Shown: positions 1 to 9,701, counted from the first letter of the stretch. The stretch: DNA of 64,000 bases from Dehalococcoidia bacterium (GCA_963662615.2 CAXXSR010000001.1:1184001-1248000), one strand, 5' to 3'. A program made the numbers and translations. The notes: generated by a model from the sequence alone, not told the origin.

Positions 1-767
1 GCGATCATGCCAAGAAGGGCCGCGGCCACAGGGAGCCGGATCATGGTCGCCGCCACAGCATCAAACCCTTCCGCGGCGCTGCGAAGCCACACGGTGCCGG
101 ACCCCCAGACCAGCCCCGCCGCGATCGCCAACGTCACGCCCAAGCCCAGCCCGGTTCTGACCGCGGGCAGAAAGGGCAACCGTACCTCCCCGCTGCCGTG
201 GGGAGCGTTCGTCGCTGCCTGCCCCGCCGGGTTCACCCTCTCCTGTCCGAGGCCAACGGGCCGGATTCGCGGCTGGGGCAACCGCCATCCGCGCCGTGCG
301 CCGGGGGCGGCGTCCGGCGAACGGAGCAGTCGCGGCCGACCGTAGAGAGTGACCAGGTAGACGCCCAGCAAGACCAGAGCGGCGCCGAGGCCCACATCCC
401 AGGTCACCTCTTCGCCGAGCAGGATCGCGGCGAGAAGAAAGGCCGAGGTGTTGTAGATCCCCACCACCGTAGTGAAGGCACGCGCCATGCCGATCACGGC
501 GACGGCCGCCACGAAGAGGGGCTCGCCGATCGTGAGCGTAACGAGTCCGGTCGCCGCCAACTGCAGGAGGTCGCTGGCGTTCATGCGCCCCACGTCGCCG
601 GCGGCGCCCAAGGCAAACAGGGCGACGACGAGGAAGATGACCGCGGCGAGCCCACGCAGTGCACTCGCCGAGAGCGCGTCCGTGGCCCGCACCTGTGAGG
701 CGAGCAGCACGTTTGAAACCGCCCAGGCCACGGATCCGGCGATCGCCGCGATGATTCCCACAGTCAC
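1..767 (-). CDS. DMT/EamA family transporter (partial, runs off the window start)
   Basis: Not in the ORF track because it is open-ended. Read by hand from the GTG at 767 (GGGGGAGAG upstream): MTVGIIAAIAGSVAWAVSNVLL...GLVTLTIGEPLFVAAVAVIGMARA...AAILLGEEVTW...GAALVLLGVYLV, then a second repeat GVTLAIAAGLVWGSGTVWLR. Confidence 0.8.
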   Translation of the reverse strand, partial: MTVGIIAAIAGSVAWAVSNVLLASQVRATDALSASALRGLAAVIFLVVALFALGAAGDVGRMNASDLLQLAATGLVTLTIGEPLFVAAVAVIGMARAFTTVVGIYNTSAFLLAAILLGEEVTWDVGLGAALVLLGVYLVTLYGRPRLLRSPDAAPGARRGWRLPQPRIRPVGLGQERVNPAGQAATNAPHGSGEVRLPFLPAVRTGLGLGVTLAIAAGLVWGSGTVWLRSAAEGFDAVAATMIRLPVAAALLGMI

Positions 768-932
768 CTCTCCCCCGCCGAGATGTCCTCAACGTGCGCC
801 TGGGCGGGCGAGCGGCGGCGCGGGGCATCCGGCGGCAAGGAGGGGTCGCGGGACGTCCACCGTCAGCTTAGTAGGCGGTTTCTGGCAGGCGCCAGCGGGC
901 GCCGCGGGCGTTCCATGGAGATCGGCGCGGCT

Positions 933-1904
933 CTAGAACCAGTTCGCCTTGTCCACAACGTTGCGAAGCGGCTCGCCGGCGTCAAAGCGGCGACAGTTGT
1001 CGATGAGGAGGTCAATCCGCCGCTCGTCGAGGAAGGGGCCATGCCAAGCCACATGCGGGGTGAGGATCACATTTGGCGCCGACCAGAGCGGGTGGTCGGG
1101 CGGCAGCGGTTCGATCTCGAACACGTCTAGTGCAGCGCTGCCGATCTCGCCCGCGCGCAGCGCCTGATTCAGGTCGTCCAGCCGCACCGTCGCGCCGCGG
1201 CCGATGTTGATCAGAAAGGCGCCACGCTTCATCCGTCCGAGACGCGCGGCGTCGATCATTCCCTCAGTCTGAGGCGTATGCGGCGCCGTCAGAATCACGA
1301 AGTCGGCGTCGGGCAGGAGGCGGTCGAGCGCTTCCGGTCGGTGAAGCGCCGCCACCCCCTCGGGCGCATCCTCCCGGCGCGGATCGACGCCCAGCACACG
1401 CATGCCGAAGAGCGCGCAGAGCCGGGCCGCTTCAGCGCCGATGCCGCCCACGCCGACGATCACCGCGAGGGACTCGGGCAGGTACACCGTGGTGGCGTCC
1501 CGGGGCTGAGGATTCCATTGGTGGGCGAACTGCTGGGGGAAATAGATGTGCAGCCCGCGCGCGAATGCCAGGACGAAGGTCATAATCTGCACGCCAATGT
1601 GGTCGCTAAAGATCCCGCGCGGGTTGGTGACGACCACGGGGTGGGCGAGCAGCTCCGGCGAGTAGTAGCCGGCAGGTGGGCCGGCCAGCGCCGAATGAAG
1701 CCAGCGGAGTTTTTCGGCGACCGCCAGGGCAGCCGCGGGAACCGCTCCGTAGGCGGCATCCGCGTCCACGATCTCGCGTCGCGCTTCCTCGTCCGTTGCG
1801 GGCGCCACAACGGCGATGCCGGGGACAGCGGCCTCAAGACGCGAGAGCCAGCCAGGTGTGACCTCGCTTTGAGGCGGCATCATTACCAACTTGAACGCCA
1901 TCAC
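933..1904 (-). CDS. D-2-hydroxyacid dehydrogenase family protein
   Basis: GVGGIG Rossmann motif, INIGRG, ALDVFEIEPLPPDHPLW and ILTPHVA catalytic motifs. Confidence 0.93.
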   Translation of the reverse strand: MMAFKLVMMPPQSEVTPGWLSRLEAAVPGIAVVAPATDEEARREIVDADAAYGAVPAAALAVAEKLRWLHSALAGPPAGYYSPELLAHPVVVTNPRGIFSDHIGVQIMTFVLAFARGLHIYFPQQFAHQWNPQPRDATTVYLPESLAVIVGVGGIGAEAARLCALFGMRVLGVDPRREDAPEGVAALHRPEALDRLLPDADFVILTAPHTPQTEGMIDAARLGRMKRGAFLINIGRGATVRLDDLNQALRAGEIGSAALDVFEIEPLPPDHPLWSAPNVILTPHVAWHGPFLDERRIDLLIDNCRRFDAGEPLRNVVDKANWF

Positions 1905-2123
1905 CCGTCCCTTTCCTTCATTACCGCTCCCGATGAAGAGTGAGCGGGGCCGCCCAATGATCGCGCCGGCGACGCCCGAATGCCAATCGTCCTTGTTCCT
2001 CGCTTTGCGTGATCGGCGTCACCCCAGCGAATCGCGGCGAGAGACGGGGGAGACGGGGGAGCCGGGCGGCCGGACGGGCCGTCGCAGGCGGTTCGAGGTG
2101 GGATCGGAAACGCGCGAGTCCGA

Positions 2124-3890
2124 CTATTCCGTGGCGGGGGCGGACAGGACCTCGATCCGCACGGGAATCACCCCTTCAGCGAGCTGACCGAGCTGTAGGA
2201 AGGCGGCTTCCGACAGATCGAGGCGATTCGGCGCCAACTGTCCGGTGTCTCGCACCACGACGTCCACGGAGCGGTCGCCGCGCCAGACGCGGAGGTGAGT
2301 GCCGCAGGGCCAGGCCGTCGCCGCCGCGATGGTTGGATCTAGGCGATCGTAGGCACCACCGCAGTACATGGGGCGGCCCAGCAGCCCTGGATGATAGAAG
2401 CTGGCGCTGCCGGCGATAGTGTCCCCCACGGCGAAGGCGGCGATGAACTCCGCGAAGACCCAGCCGACGTAGATGTCGCTGCGGACGTAGAGCCAGGTAT
2501 CCCCGTTCGCGTCCAGCGCCGTCTCGCCCGTGGGCTCTACGACCGTGCCCTCTGGGAGGCAGGCCAGCGGCGGGGCATTTTTCGTCGTCGGTGCGGGTCG
2601 GATGTTGAGACAGCCAGGCCCCAGCACGACCGCCTGGAGTTGCGAGGCAAGGGCGGACTCCACGGGCGTCCAGAGCGTCGCCCCACGCACTTGGACCCAG
2701 ACCCCCTGCCCCGGCTCCAGGATCTCGAGGTCGTTCAGAAACTCCAGCCCCTGCGGCCGGTAGACGTGGTATTGCTGGCTCTCGCCGTCAAGGGCGTAAA
2801 CGCCGAGCAACACCTCCGCCAGACCGATCACCGCTTGGCCCACCGCTTGCCGCGGCCCCGTCCAAGCGACCAAGTTCCAGCCCGCCGTGAGCGCTACTAC
2901 CTGCGATTGGGCGACGCGGGGAGGGAACCACTCCACTCCGTCCGGCGCCGTCACGTGGACGAGGAGGCCGTCACCGGCTTGCAGCGTCGTGAGCGTGTTC
3001 GTCTGAGGAGACCCGTCCGGCGCATAGCGACGAAAGCTCTGCGCCGCCGCGTCGTAGGCGAATACGACGTCAATGCTTCCCGCGAGCGGCGCCACCGCTT
3101 CCCCGATCGCAGTGTTGCCGGTCCAGCCGACGAGGTTCCAGCCGGGATGGAGGAACTGCGGCTCCGGGGGCGGGGGGGGCGGCGCCTCCGGCTCGGCCGG
3201 GGCGACCTCCTGCGTCTTGTCGGGGCTGACCTCCTCCGGTTCAGCGGGATCAGTGACGCTCTCCTGCACCTTCACGCTGTTTGTGGAGATGAAGGTCTCG
3301 CCGAAGTAGGCGTGGGACGCGTCGGTCGCGGGCAGTTCGCGGCCCTCGAGTGCGTATGCACCCGTGAAAGGAACCGTGCTCTGCAGCTGGCCGTCGCCAA
3401 GAGTGCGGTGGACCGCCATGTGAATGTGGGCAAGGCCGTTGTTCTCGGCGAATCCGGCTGGCGCCACCGCTCCGATGATCTGGCCTGCCACCACTGGAGC
3501 GCCAGCCTGTAGGCCGGAGGTGGGGAAGATGTGGCAGAGCAGCACGGCGAAGCCGTCCCCGGCGCTCAGTGTGACGCAGCTTCCAGAGAGCCAGGTGACT
3601 GTCCCGGTGATGGGCGACAGGACCGGCGTGCCAGCTGTCAGGGCGTCGTCACGGACGATGTCGATCGCGTGTGGATCGATGCCTACATGGCCCCCAGTGT
3701 TGTAGCCGGCCACGATGCGCCATTCGGTTCCCGCGGGCGCGGGCAAGGGAATGCCGCTCTCGGCGGCCCTTACTCCAGTGGGCGAGGCGGACGATCCCGC
3801 GACAGCGAGCAACACAACGAAGAGGACGGCCGCGGTCGCCGGCCTTCTGAGGCGACACGCCGGCCGGAGGAGCCGACACATAGCCAGCAC
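2124..3890 (-). CDS. Secreted M23 peptidase / SH3b / RlpA-like DPBB multidomain cell-wall protein (start uncertain)
   Basis: Signal-peptide-like N-terminus; M23 motifs HAIDIV...GTPVLSP...HIHM; two LxxGWNLVxWTG repeats; CLNIRPAP...WLYVR...GWVFAEF (SH3b-like); C-terminal GSASFY...VVVRDTG...RLDLSEAAF (DPBB). Confidence 0.75.
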   Translation of the reverse strand: MLAMCRLLRPACRLRRPATAAVLFVVLLAVAGSSASPTGVRAAESGIPLPAPAGTEWRIVAGYNTGGHVGIDPHAIDIVRDDALTAGTPVLSPITGTVTWLSGSCVTLSAGDGFAVLLCHIFPTSGLQAGAPVVAGQIIGAVAPAGFAENNGLAHIHMAVHRTLGDGQLQSTVPFTGAYALEGRELPATDASHAYFGETFISTNSVKVQESVTDPAEPEEVSPDKTQEVAPAEPEAPPPPPPEPQFLHPGWNLVGWTGNTAIGEAVAPLAGSIDVVFAYDAAAQSFRRYAPDGSPQTNTLTTLQAGDGLLVHVTAPDGVEWFPPRVAQSQVVALTAGWNLVAWTGPRQAVGQAVIGLAEVLLGVYALDGESQQYHVYRPQGLEFLNDLEILEPGQGVWVQVRGATLWTPVESALASQLQAVVLGPGCLNIRPAPTTKNAPPLACLPEGTVVEPTGETALDANGDTWLYVRSDIYVGWVFAEFIAAFAVGDTIAGSASFYHPGLLGRPMYCGGAYDRLDPTIAAATAWPCGTHLRVWRGDRSVDVVVRDTGQLAPNRLDLSEAAFLQLGQLAEGVIPVRIEVLSAPATE

Positions 3891-4123
3891 TTTGCCTGGT
3901 TTCCCTCCTACGTGGAACCCCCGAGAGCTTGAGGATGTGCGGACGGCCGGGTGCGTCGCATGTATTTAGAGCATCCGTTCGCATACAGATCGCCGTGGCG
4001 CCAGAGACGAGAGGGGCAATGCGGAGGTCGGAGCGCGACCCACGTCGTCAGGCGCGGCGGGCCGGCAGACCCGAGGGGTGGCCTGCCTGGGACAGCGCGA
4101 ATCGGCTCGCAGCTTGCGGGAAG

Positions 4124-5005
4124 CTACTCCGCCAGAAAATCGGAGGCCATCTGGAGGAACGCCGTCAGCTGATCGTGATGGACCCAGTGCCCCGCCCCAT
4201 CGACCGTGACGACGCGCGCGCTGGGAAAGTCACGGGCAGGGCCGTCCGGATCGCGACCGTGGACACCGCTCTCCTGGCCGCGAATCAGGAGGGTGGGGCA
4301 GGTGATCCGCCGCCAGAGCGCGCGGGCTTCCTCCTCGTTGAAGAGGTACGGCGAGAAGCCACGACTATAGTTGTCGAACTTCCAACTATGAGTGCCGTCT
4401 TCGTTCTGGTTCGTCCCGTGGACGGTGAGGTGACGCGCCTGCTCCGCTGAGAGACGCGGGTTCGCCTCTCTCATCCTGGCAATGGCCGCCTCAATCGTGT
4501 CGTAGCGCCGCGGCGTGCGACCCGCCATGCCGCGCAGCATCGCAATCCAGCTTCGCATGCGCTCATGCGCAGGCTCGCGGGCACGCTGCGCGATCCGATT
4601 CGGCGCTGGGCCCAGCCCTTCGATGGCGATGAGCTTGCGCACCTTCTCCGGGTAGGCGCCGGCGTACTGCAGGCCGATCGCCCCGCCTAGCGAGTGGCCG
4701 ATGATCGCGACGGGCGCCAGGCGCTCCTGATCGATCAGCTGGGCGAGATCGTAGACGTAATCGACCAGCGCGTAGCCCGACCCGATCAGCCACTGCGAAT
4801 CGCCATGGCCGCGCAGGTCGGGCGCGACGATGTGAAAGCTGTCCCGCAGTGCTTGTGCCACCCAGTCCCAACTGCGGCAGTGATCGCGCCCGCCGTGCAC
4901 CAAGACGAGGGCGGGCGCCGTTTCATTCCCCCAGTCCACATAGTGCAGGCGCAGGCGCTGGGCGAAGTAGGTGTGCGAGGTGGGTCCGAGGACGCCGAGG
5001 GGCAT
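4124..5005 (-). CDS. Alpha/beta hydrolase
   Basis: VHGG oxyanion motif, DLRGHGDS, GHSLGG nucleophile elbow, GAGHWVHHD. Confidence 0.92.
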   Translation of the reverse strand: MPLGVLGPTSHTYFAQRLRLHYVDWGNETAPALVLVHGGRDHCRSWDWVAQALRDSFHIVAPDLRGHGDSQWLIGSGYALVDYVYDLAQLIDQERLAPVAIIGHSLGGAIGLQYAGAYPEKVRKLIAIEGLGPAPNRIAQRAREPAHERMRSWIAMLRGMAGRTPRRYDTIEAAIARMREANPRLSAEQARHLTVHGTNQNEDGTHSWKFDNYSRGFSPYLFNEEEARALWRRITCPTLLIRGQESGVHGRDPDGPARDFPSARVVTVDGAGHWVHHDQLTAFLQMASDFLAE

Positions 5006-5178
5006 GGCGCCATCCTAGGCGACGGCGCGGCAGGCGGGGAGGCGGCGCGCCGCGCCGCGATGGTGCCGCGGGCCGAGTCACTCGGTCGTTCCGTGGTTGA
5101 GGCGCGTGGGGCGGCAACCTATCATGGGGCGGCGCTGCCTTCCTACCCGGCGCCGCAGGGTCCTCACGGAGGTGCTCA

Positions 5179-5904
5179 ATGGAAAACGCAAGCCGCATGC
5201 CGGGGCCGCAGATCTGGATTCAGGGCGACCCCGAAGAGCTGCGCGATCTGATGCCGCTCGGCATCGCCGGGATCATCACGAACAACCTCATCCTCCGCGA
5301 CATGGCGCAGCGGTACAGCGACCTGCGCTCGCTTCTGGACCGCTACCTGGAGCTGGATCCGAACCACCTGGTCGTCGAAGTGGATGGCGACACCGACGAA
5401 GACTTCATGTACGCCGCCGAGGCCGCCGTCGCGCTGTCCGACAAGGTCATCGTCAAGGTCGTCACCAAGCCGGTGGGGATTCGCGCTCTGGCTACGCTCC
5501 ACGCCCGCGGCGTCCGCTGCATGGCCACGACGGTCTTCTCGCTCAACCAGGCCATCTTGATGGCGGCCGCGGGCGCGACCTGGGTCGCCCCCTTCGTGGG
5601 GCCCATCCACGCCGCCGGCGGCGACGCCTTCTCCTTCGTGCGCCAGGTCGCCGAGGCGTTCCGCGATCGCCCCGGCGCGCCCGGGATCATGGGCGGCATC
5701 ATCCGCGATGCCTCGCACGCGCACATGGCCTACGCCGCCGGCGCCGACGCCATCATCACCTTCCCCCCCATCTACTGGGAGATGCTGCAGCACCCCGGCA
5801 CGGACGAGTGGAACCGGACGTTCCTCGGCGCCTGGGCCGAGATGGAGTCACGCGGCCAGCTGAACGGGTTCCTGCGCACGCCGGCCGCCGCACACGTCAC
5901 CTGA
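5179..5904 (+). CDS. Divergent transaldolase / fructose-6-phosphate aldolase family protein
   Basis: GIITNN (TTNP-like), VIVKV Schiff-base Lys, TTVFSLNQAILMAAAGATWVAPFVG, AGADAIITFPP, HPGTD; GGAGG RBS. Confidence 0.8.
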   Translation: MENASRMPGPQIWIQGDPEELRDLMPLGIAGIITNNLILRDMAQRYSDLRSLLDRYLELDPNHLVVEVDGDTDEDFMYAAEAAVALSDKVIVKVVTKPVGIRALATLHARGVRCMATTVFSLNQAILMAAAGATWVAPFVGPIHAAGGDAFSFVRQVAEAFRDRPGAPGIMGGIIRDASHAHMAYAAGADAIITFPPIYWEMLQHPGTDEWNRTFLGAWAEMESRGQLNGFLRTPAAAHVT

Positions 5905-5919
5905 CGGCGGCCCGGTCCC

Positions 5920-6084
5920 GGTGGCGCGGCGGTGGTGACCGCGTTGAGGGTGCCGCCGCGCGGGGTGATGGAAGTGCTGGGGCACGCGCAGATCAGCACG
6001 ACCATGGAGGTGTACACGCACGTCCCGTCGGAAGTGAAGCGAGAGGCTGTGGACCGCCTGGCAGCAGCGCTCTGGGCGCGATGA
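5920..6084 (+). pseudogene. 3'-terminal fragment of a tyrosine integrase (direct repeat of 13984-14148)
   Basis: Translates GGAAVVTALRVPPRGVMEVLGHAQISTTMEVYTHVPSEVKREAVDRLAAALWAR*, compared with the integrase tail GVASVMTALGVPPRVVMEVLGHAQISTTMEVYTHIPSAVKREAVEQLAAALWAD*. Segment 5968-6031 matches 14032-14095 at 62/64 nt. Confidence 0.92.
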
Positions 6085-6105
6085 GCACTAGATGTGCGGC
6101 CATTG

Positions 6106-6750
6106 TCACTGCTCCGGCTGAGCTTGTTCGGACAGCCAGCGGCTGCGCCAGTCGTGCCGAAAACCGTAATCAAGCAGTCTATTTGTTAGCTCTCGCCACA
6201 CATCTCGCGCTTGGACACGGTCCCTCAGTTCGCTTGGTGATGCCTGAGCCAAGCGCGCCACGAATGCGGCGAGATCGAGGAGCCCGGCGACACCTGTTGG
6301 CTCTCGCCCACCTTGCGAATGTTTCCTGTCCCAGTCTTCTACGAATTCAGCGTCGTTCGCATAATCTCGAATCTCCTGCGCGCGTTCCCTTTGTTTCGCT
6401 TTATCCCGAGCGTACCCCCCTGCCGAGTCGTCGAACTGGTCGTCGATCAAACGCACAAGGCCGGTGACGAGGAGCTCTTCATCGATCCGCTCACTGTAGA
6501 CGAGGTGCTTTATGTGTTCGATGAGCTGGTCGAGGGTGTGGTGCCCACGCAACTGTCCAAAGGATAGCTTTTCGCGCTGCGCTTTCGACATCGCCGACGT
6601 GTCCACCGCCCCAACGGTCGAATAGCGGTACATGGCCCCCGTGTAAATCATGCCCCAGAAGACGATACTCGAAGTTTCCGTCTCGCCAGTACGCCGGGCC
6701 CAGCCCTCGGCAGCCTTCTCGAACTCATCGATCAACTCGTTGCTGATCAC
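6106..6750 (-). CDS. Hypothetical protein (helical, charged)
   Basis: 214-aa ORF with natural-looking composition that fills the gap next to the integrase fragment. No recognisable motif. Confidence 0.65.
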   Translation of the reverse strand: MISNELIDEFEKAAEGWARRTGETETSSIVFWGMIYTGAMYRYSTVGAVDTSAMSKAQREKLSFGQLRGHHTLDQLIEHIKHLVYSERIDEELLVTGLVRLIDDQFDDSAGGYARDKAKQRERAQEIRDYANDAEFVEDWDRKHSQGGREPTGVAGLLDLAAFVARLAQASPSELRDRVQARDVWRELTNRLLDYGFRHDWRSRWLSEQAQPEQ

Positions 6751-7014
6751 TCGCTACCACCAGTCTCGAAGTAGGTGGACCCTCCCAACGAAGGCTCCTT
6801 CACCAATGGTAGCGGTGCTCTCTGAAGATGCCCTGATTCCGGCTAGCAAGGTCCACAGAACCAGCTGCTCCCGGAAGACGACCACCGGATCCATCCACGT
6901 CCTTGCCCATGCCCCGACGCGGAGCGCGCACGCGCAGGACAATATTCAAGGTCGAGGATCTACGCTTGACTCGCCACAGCGGAAAGCGACGGTGCGGGAG
7001 GAGACATTCAAGGC

Positions 7015-7571
7015 ATGGCCGTGACCCAGTCGCCTCCACAAGTGTTCATCTCGCACAACGCGAAAGACAAGCCGCTCGCGCGTGAGATCGCTGTCTATCT
7101 GGTCGCAGCCGACTGCGGCGTCTGGTTCGATGAATGGGAGATACGAGCTGGCGATTCGATAGTTGGGAAGGTGGATAACGCCCTTGCCGCCTGTACTGAC
7201 GTCCTGATTGTTTGGTCGGAAGACGCCGCAGGATCGGAATGGGTTACGGCAGAGCTGGAGGCGGCGCTAGCGCGAGCCATGGACAACGAGCACCCTCGAA
7301 TCATCCTGATCAAGACAGACGAGACTGCGCCTCCGGAACTCTTACGGGCGCGTCGTTACATTGACTGGTCCGACAATCCTGAGGCGGCCTTCAACGAAGT
7401 CGTCCGCAGCATCACGGGGGAGAGCCCTGGATCGTCGCTCCGAAGGGCTGTGGTTCAGAAGTACCGCGATCTAATCTACGACGACAGCCCGCCATTTGGT
7501 CTGGCGGCCTGTCCCACATGCGGTAGCGAACGGCTGCGTGGCTCGACCATGTATGACAAACGGGACGATGT
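7015..7571 (+). CDS. TIR-domain protein (TIR_2 type) with CxxC motif, C-terminus interrupted by an IS3 element at 7572
   Basis: VFISHNAKDK...VWFDEWEIRAGDSIVGKVDNAL...SEWVTAEL (catalytic Glu position)...YIDW; CPTCGS; GGAGGAG RBS. The ORF-track tail 7572-7734 is read-through into IS sequence. Confidence 0.85.
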
Positions 7572-8391
7572 TGACCTGCCCCCGATCGTTGTACCAGTCG
7601 TTAAGTTAGTCCGATCGCCGGGACGAGCGTCAGGGGACGTTCCCGGGGTTGCTGCGTTTCCGGGGCGGGGGGGCGGTAGCCGAGGGCACGGTGGGGGCGG
7701 ATCTGGTTGTACTCCCGCCGCCAGCCCTCGATGAGGATCTGGGCTTCCAGCAGGGTGTCGAAGCGCTCGCGATTGAGGCACTCGTCGCGCAGCTTGCCGT
7801 GGAACGATTCCACATAGCCGTTCTCCCAAGGACTGCCCGGTGCGATGAAGAGGGTCGTGACCCCGACCCGGTGCAGCCAGTCCCGCACCGCGGTGGCGGT
7901 GAACTCCGGGCCGTTGTCGGACCGCAGCAACGTCGGCGGCCCGCGCTCGACGAACAGCTGGGCCAACCGCGCCAGGACGTCGTCGCTGCGCAGTCGGCGG
8001 GCGACGTCGAGACGCAGGCACTCGCGGGTGGTCCTCATCCACGATGGCGAGGATCCGCACCGGGCGCCCATCGGCGGTGCGGTCGAAGACGAAGTCGTAG
8101 GACCAGACGTGGGACGGCCGCTCGGCCCGCCGCCGCACCAGCGAGCCGGCCGCGAGCCAGAGGCGGCCCCGTTGGGGGTGCTTCCCGGGGACCCGCAAGC
8201 CTTCCTGACGCCAGCGCCGCTCGACCCGCTTGTGGTTCACCCGCCAGCCCTCCTGGCGCAGCAGGGCCGTGATGCGACGGGAGCCGTAGCGGCCGAAGCG
8301 GGTGGCCAGCGCGACGATGCGCGCGATCAGCGCCGGCGCATCCGGGGACGGCCGGGGCACGTAGCGCTGTGTCGCCCGCGCCTGGCCGGTG
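7572..8391 (-). mobile_element. Truncated IS3-family element (right end plus a frameshifted orfB fragment)
   Basis: Begins TGACCTGCCCCCGATCGTTGTACCAG, nearly the same end as the copy at 8392. The DDE transposase fragment (WSYDFVFD...RSDNGPEF...SPWENGYVESFHGKLRDECL) is split by an extra base near 8030. The left half is missing. Confidence 0.88.
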
Positions 8392-8420
8392 TGACCTGCC
8401 CCCGATTGTTGTACCAGGGC

Positions 8421-9263
8421 TTAAGTTAGTGCCAGAACCATCCGGTCTGCCAAAGGGGTGGGGTGGGGAGGTCCGACCTCCAGGGTCTCTGGGGCGGGGG
8501 GGCGGTAGCCGAGGGCGCTGTGAGGCCGGACTTGGTTGTACTCCCGGCGCCAGCGATCGACCAGGATCTGCGCTTCCGTGAGCGTGGTGAAGATCTCGGG
8601 GTTGAGGCACTCGTCGCGCAGCTTGCCGTTGAAGGATTCCACATAGCCGTTCTCCCAGGGGCTGCCGGGCTCGATGAAGAGTGTCGTCACGCCGAGGCGA
8701 CGCAGCCAGGAACGCACCGCCGTCGCCGTGAACTCGGGGCCGTTGTCGGAGCGGACGTAGGTGGGCGGGCCCCGCTGCACGAAGAGCGCCGTCAGCCGGG
8801 CGAGGACGTCGTCGGACCGCAGGCGCCGGGCCACGTCAATGCTGAGGCACTCCCGCGTGTACTCGTCGACGATGGTCAGCAGGCGCAGGGGCCGGCCGTC
8901 GTGGGTCCGCTCGCTGACGAAGTCGTAGGACCAGACGTGGTTCGGGCGCTCCGCCCGGCGCCGCGTGCAGGATCCATCGGCCGCCCAAAGCCGCCGCCGG
9001 CGCGGGGCTTTCCGGGGCACCCGCAGCCCTTCCTGCCGCCAGAGCCGCTCCACCCGCTTGTGGTTCACCCGCCAGCCCTCGGCCCGCAGCAGCGCCGTGA
9101 TGCGCCGGGAGCCGTAGCGCCCGAAGCGGCGGGCAAGGGCGATGATCCGGGCGATCAGAGCCGGCTCGTCCGCGGGCACCTGCACGGGGTGCCGCTGCGT
9201 GCTGCGCGGCTGGGCGAGGGCCCGGCAGGCCCGACGCTCCGAGACGGCCAGCGCGGTTCGCAC
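8421..9263 (-). CDS. IS3-family transposase OrfB (DDE)
   Basis: SERRAC, RYGSRRITALLRAEGWRVNHKRVERLW, WSYDF, RSDNGPEF, PGSPWENGYVESFNGKLRDECLN, YNQVRPHSALGY. Confidence 0.93.
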   Translation of the reverse strand: MRTALAVSERRACRALAQPRSTQRHPVQVPADEPALIARIIALARRFGRYGSRRITALLRAEGWRVNHKRVERLWRQEGLRVPRKAPRRRRLWAADGSCTRRRAERPNHVWSYDFVSERTHDGRPLRLLTIVDEYTRECLSIDVARRLRSDDVLARLTALFVQRGPPTYVRSDNGPEFTATAVRSWLRRLGVTTLFIEPGSPWENGYVESFNGKLRDECLNPEIFTTLTEAQILVDRWRREYNQVRPHSALGYRPPAPETLEVGPPHPTPLADRMVLALT

Positions 9264-9287
9264 GTGCGCAACCGCCTGCCGCCGGGC

Positions 9288-9566
9288 TCAGAAGTTTCCC
9301 GACGCCACCTCTTTGAGGATGGCGTGGTCCAGCGCCTGATCGGCCACCAGCCGCTTCAGCCGCGCGTTCTCCTGCTCCAGCTCCTTGAACCGCTTCGCCT
9401 GATCCAGCCGCAGGCCGCCGTACTCCCGCCGCCAGCGGTAGTAGGTCTGCTCGGCGACGCCGAGCCGTCGTGCCACTTTGGCCACACTCTCGCCCTGCGC
9501 CAGGGCCACCTCCGCCTCCCGCAGTTTCCCGATGATCTGCTCTGCCGTGTACCGCTTCCGCGCCAT
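9288..9566 (-). CDS. IS3-family transposase OrfA (HTH)
   Basis: MARKRYTAEQII...GVAEQTYYRWRREYGG...LEQENARLKRLVAD...SGNF; GGAGGGAG RBS. Confidence 0.93.
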   Translation of the reverse strand: MARKRYTAEQIIGKLREAEVALAQGESVAKVARRLGVAEQTYYRWRREYGGLRLDQAKRFKELEQENARLKRLVADQALDHAILKEVASGNF

Positions 9567-9701
9567 GCCGACTCCCTCCTCCCAGCCCGGATCCTCGCAT
9601 AGGATCTGGACCGGTTTTGGGGGGGCAGGTCACTTCCTGGCTCGATTCTCGACGACCGCAGACCAGTGGCGCGTCATCAGCGAGTTCCCCAATGGAGAAT
9701 C

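Larger units (their letters stand above)
8392..9632 (-). mobile_element. IS3-family insertion sequence (IS407-like), 1241 bp
   Basis: Terminal inverted repeats share TGACCTGCCCCC (8392-8403 and 9621-9632). Carries orfA and orfB, with a GGGAAAC slippery heptamer at 9294-9300. No target-site duplication is visible (flanks GGTG and CTTC). Confidence 0.93.

Noticed and set aside
6754-6942. Small ORF upstream of the 214-aa orphan
   Set aside because: It is short, with no clear RBS or motif, and cannot be supported.
7572-7734. Gly-rich C-terminus of the 239-aa TIR ORF as a real domain
   Set aside because: It is antisense read-through of the IS3 right end.
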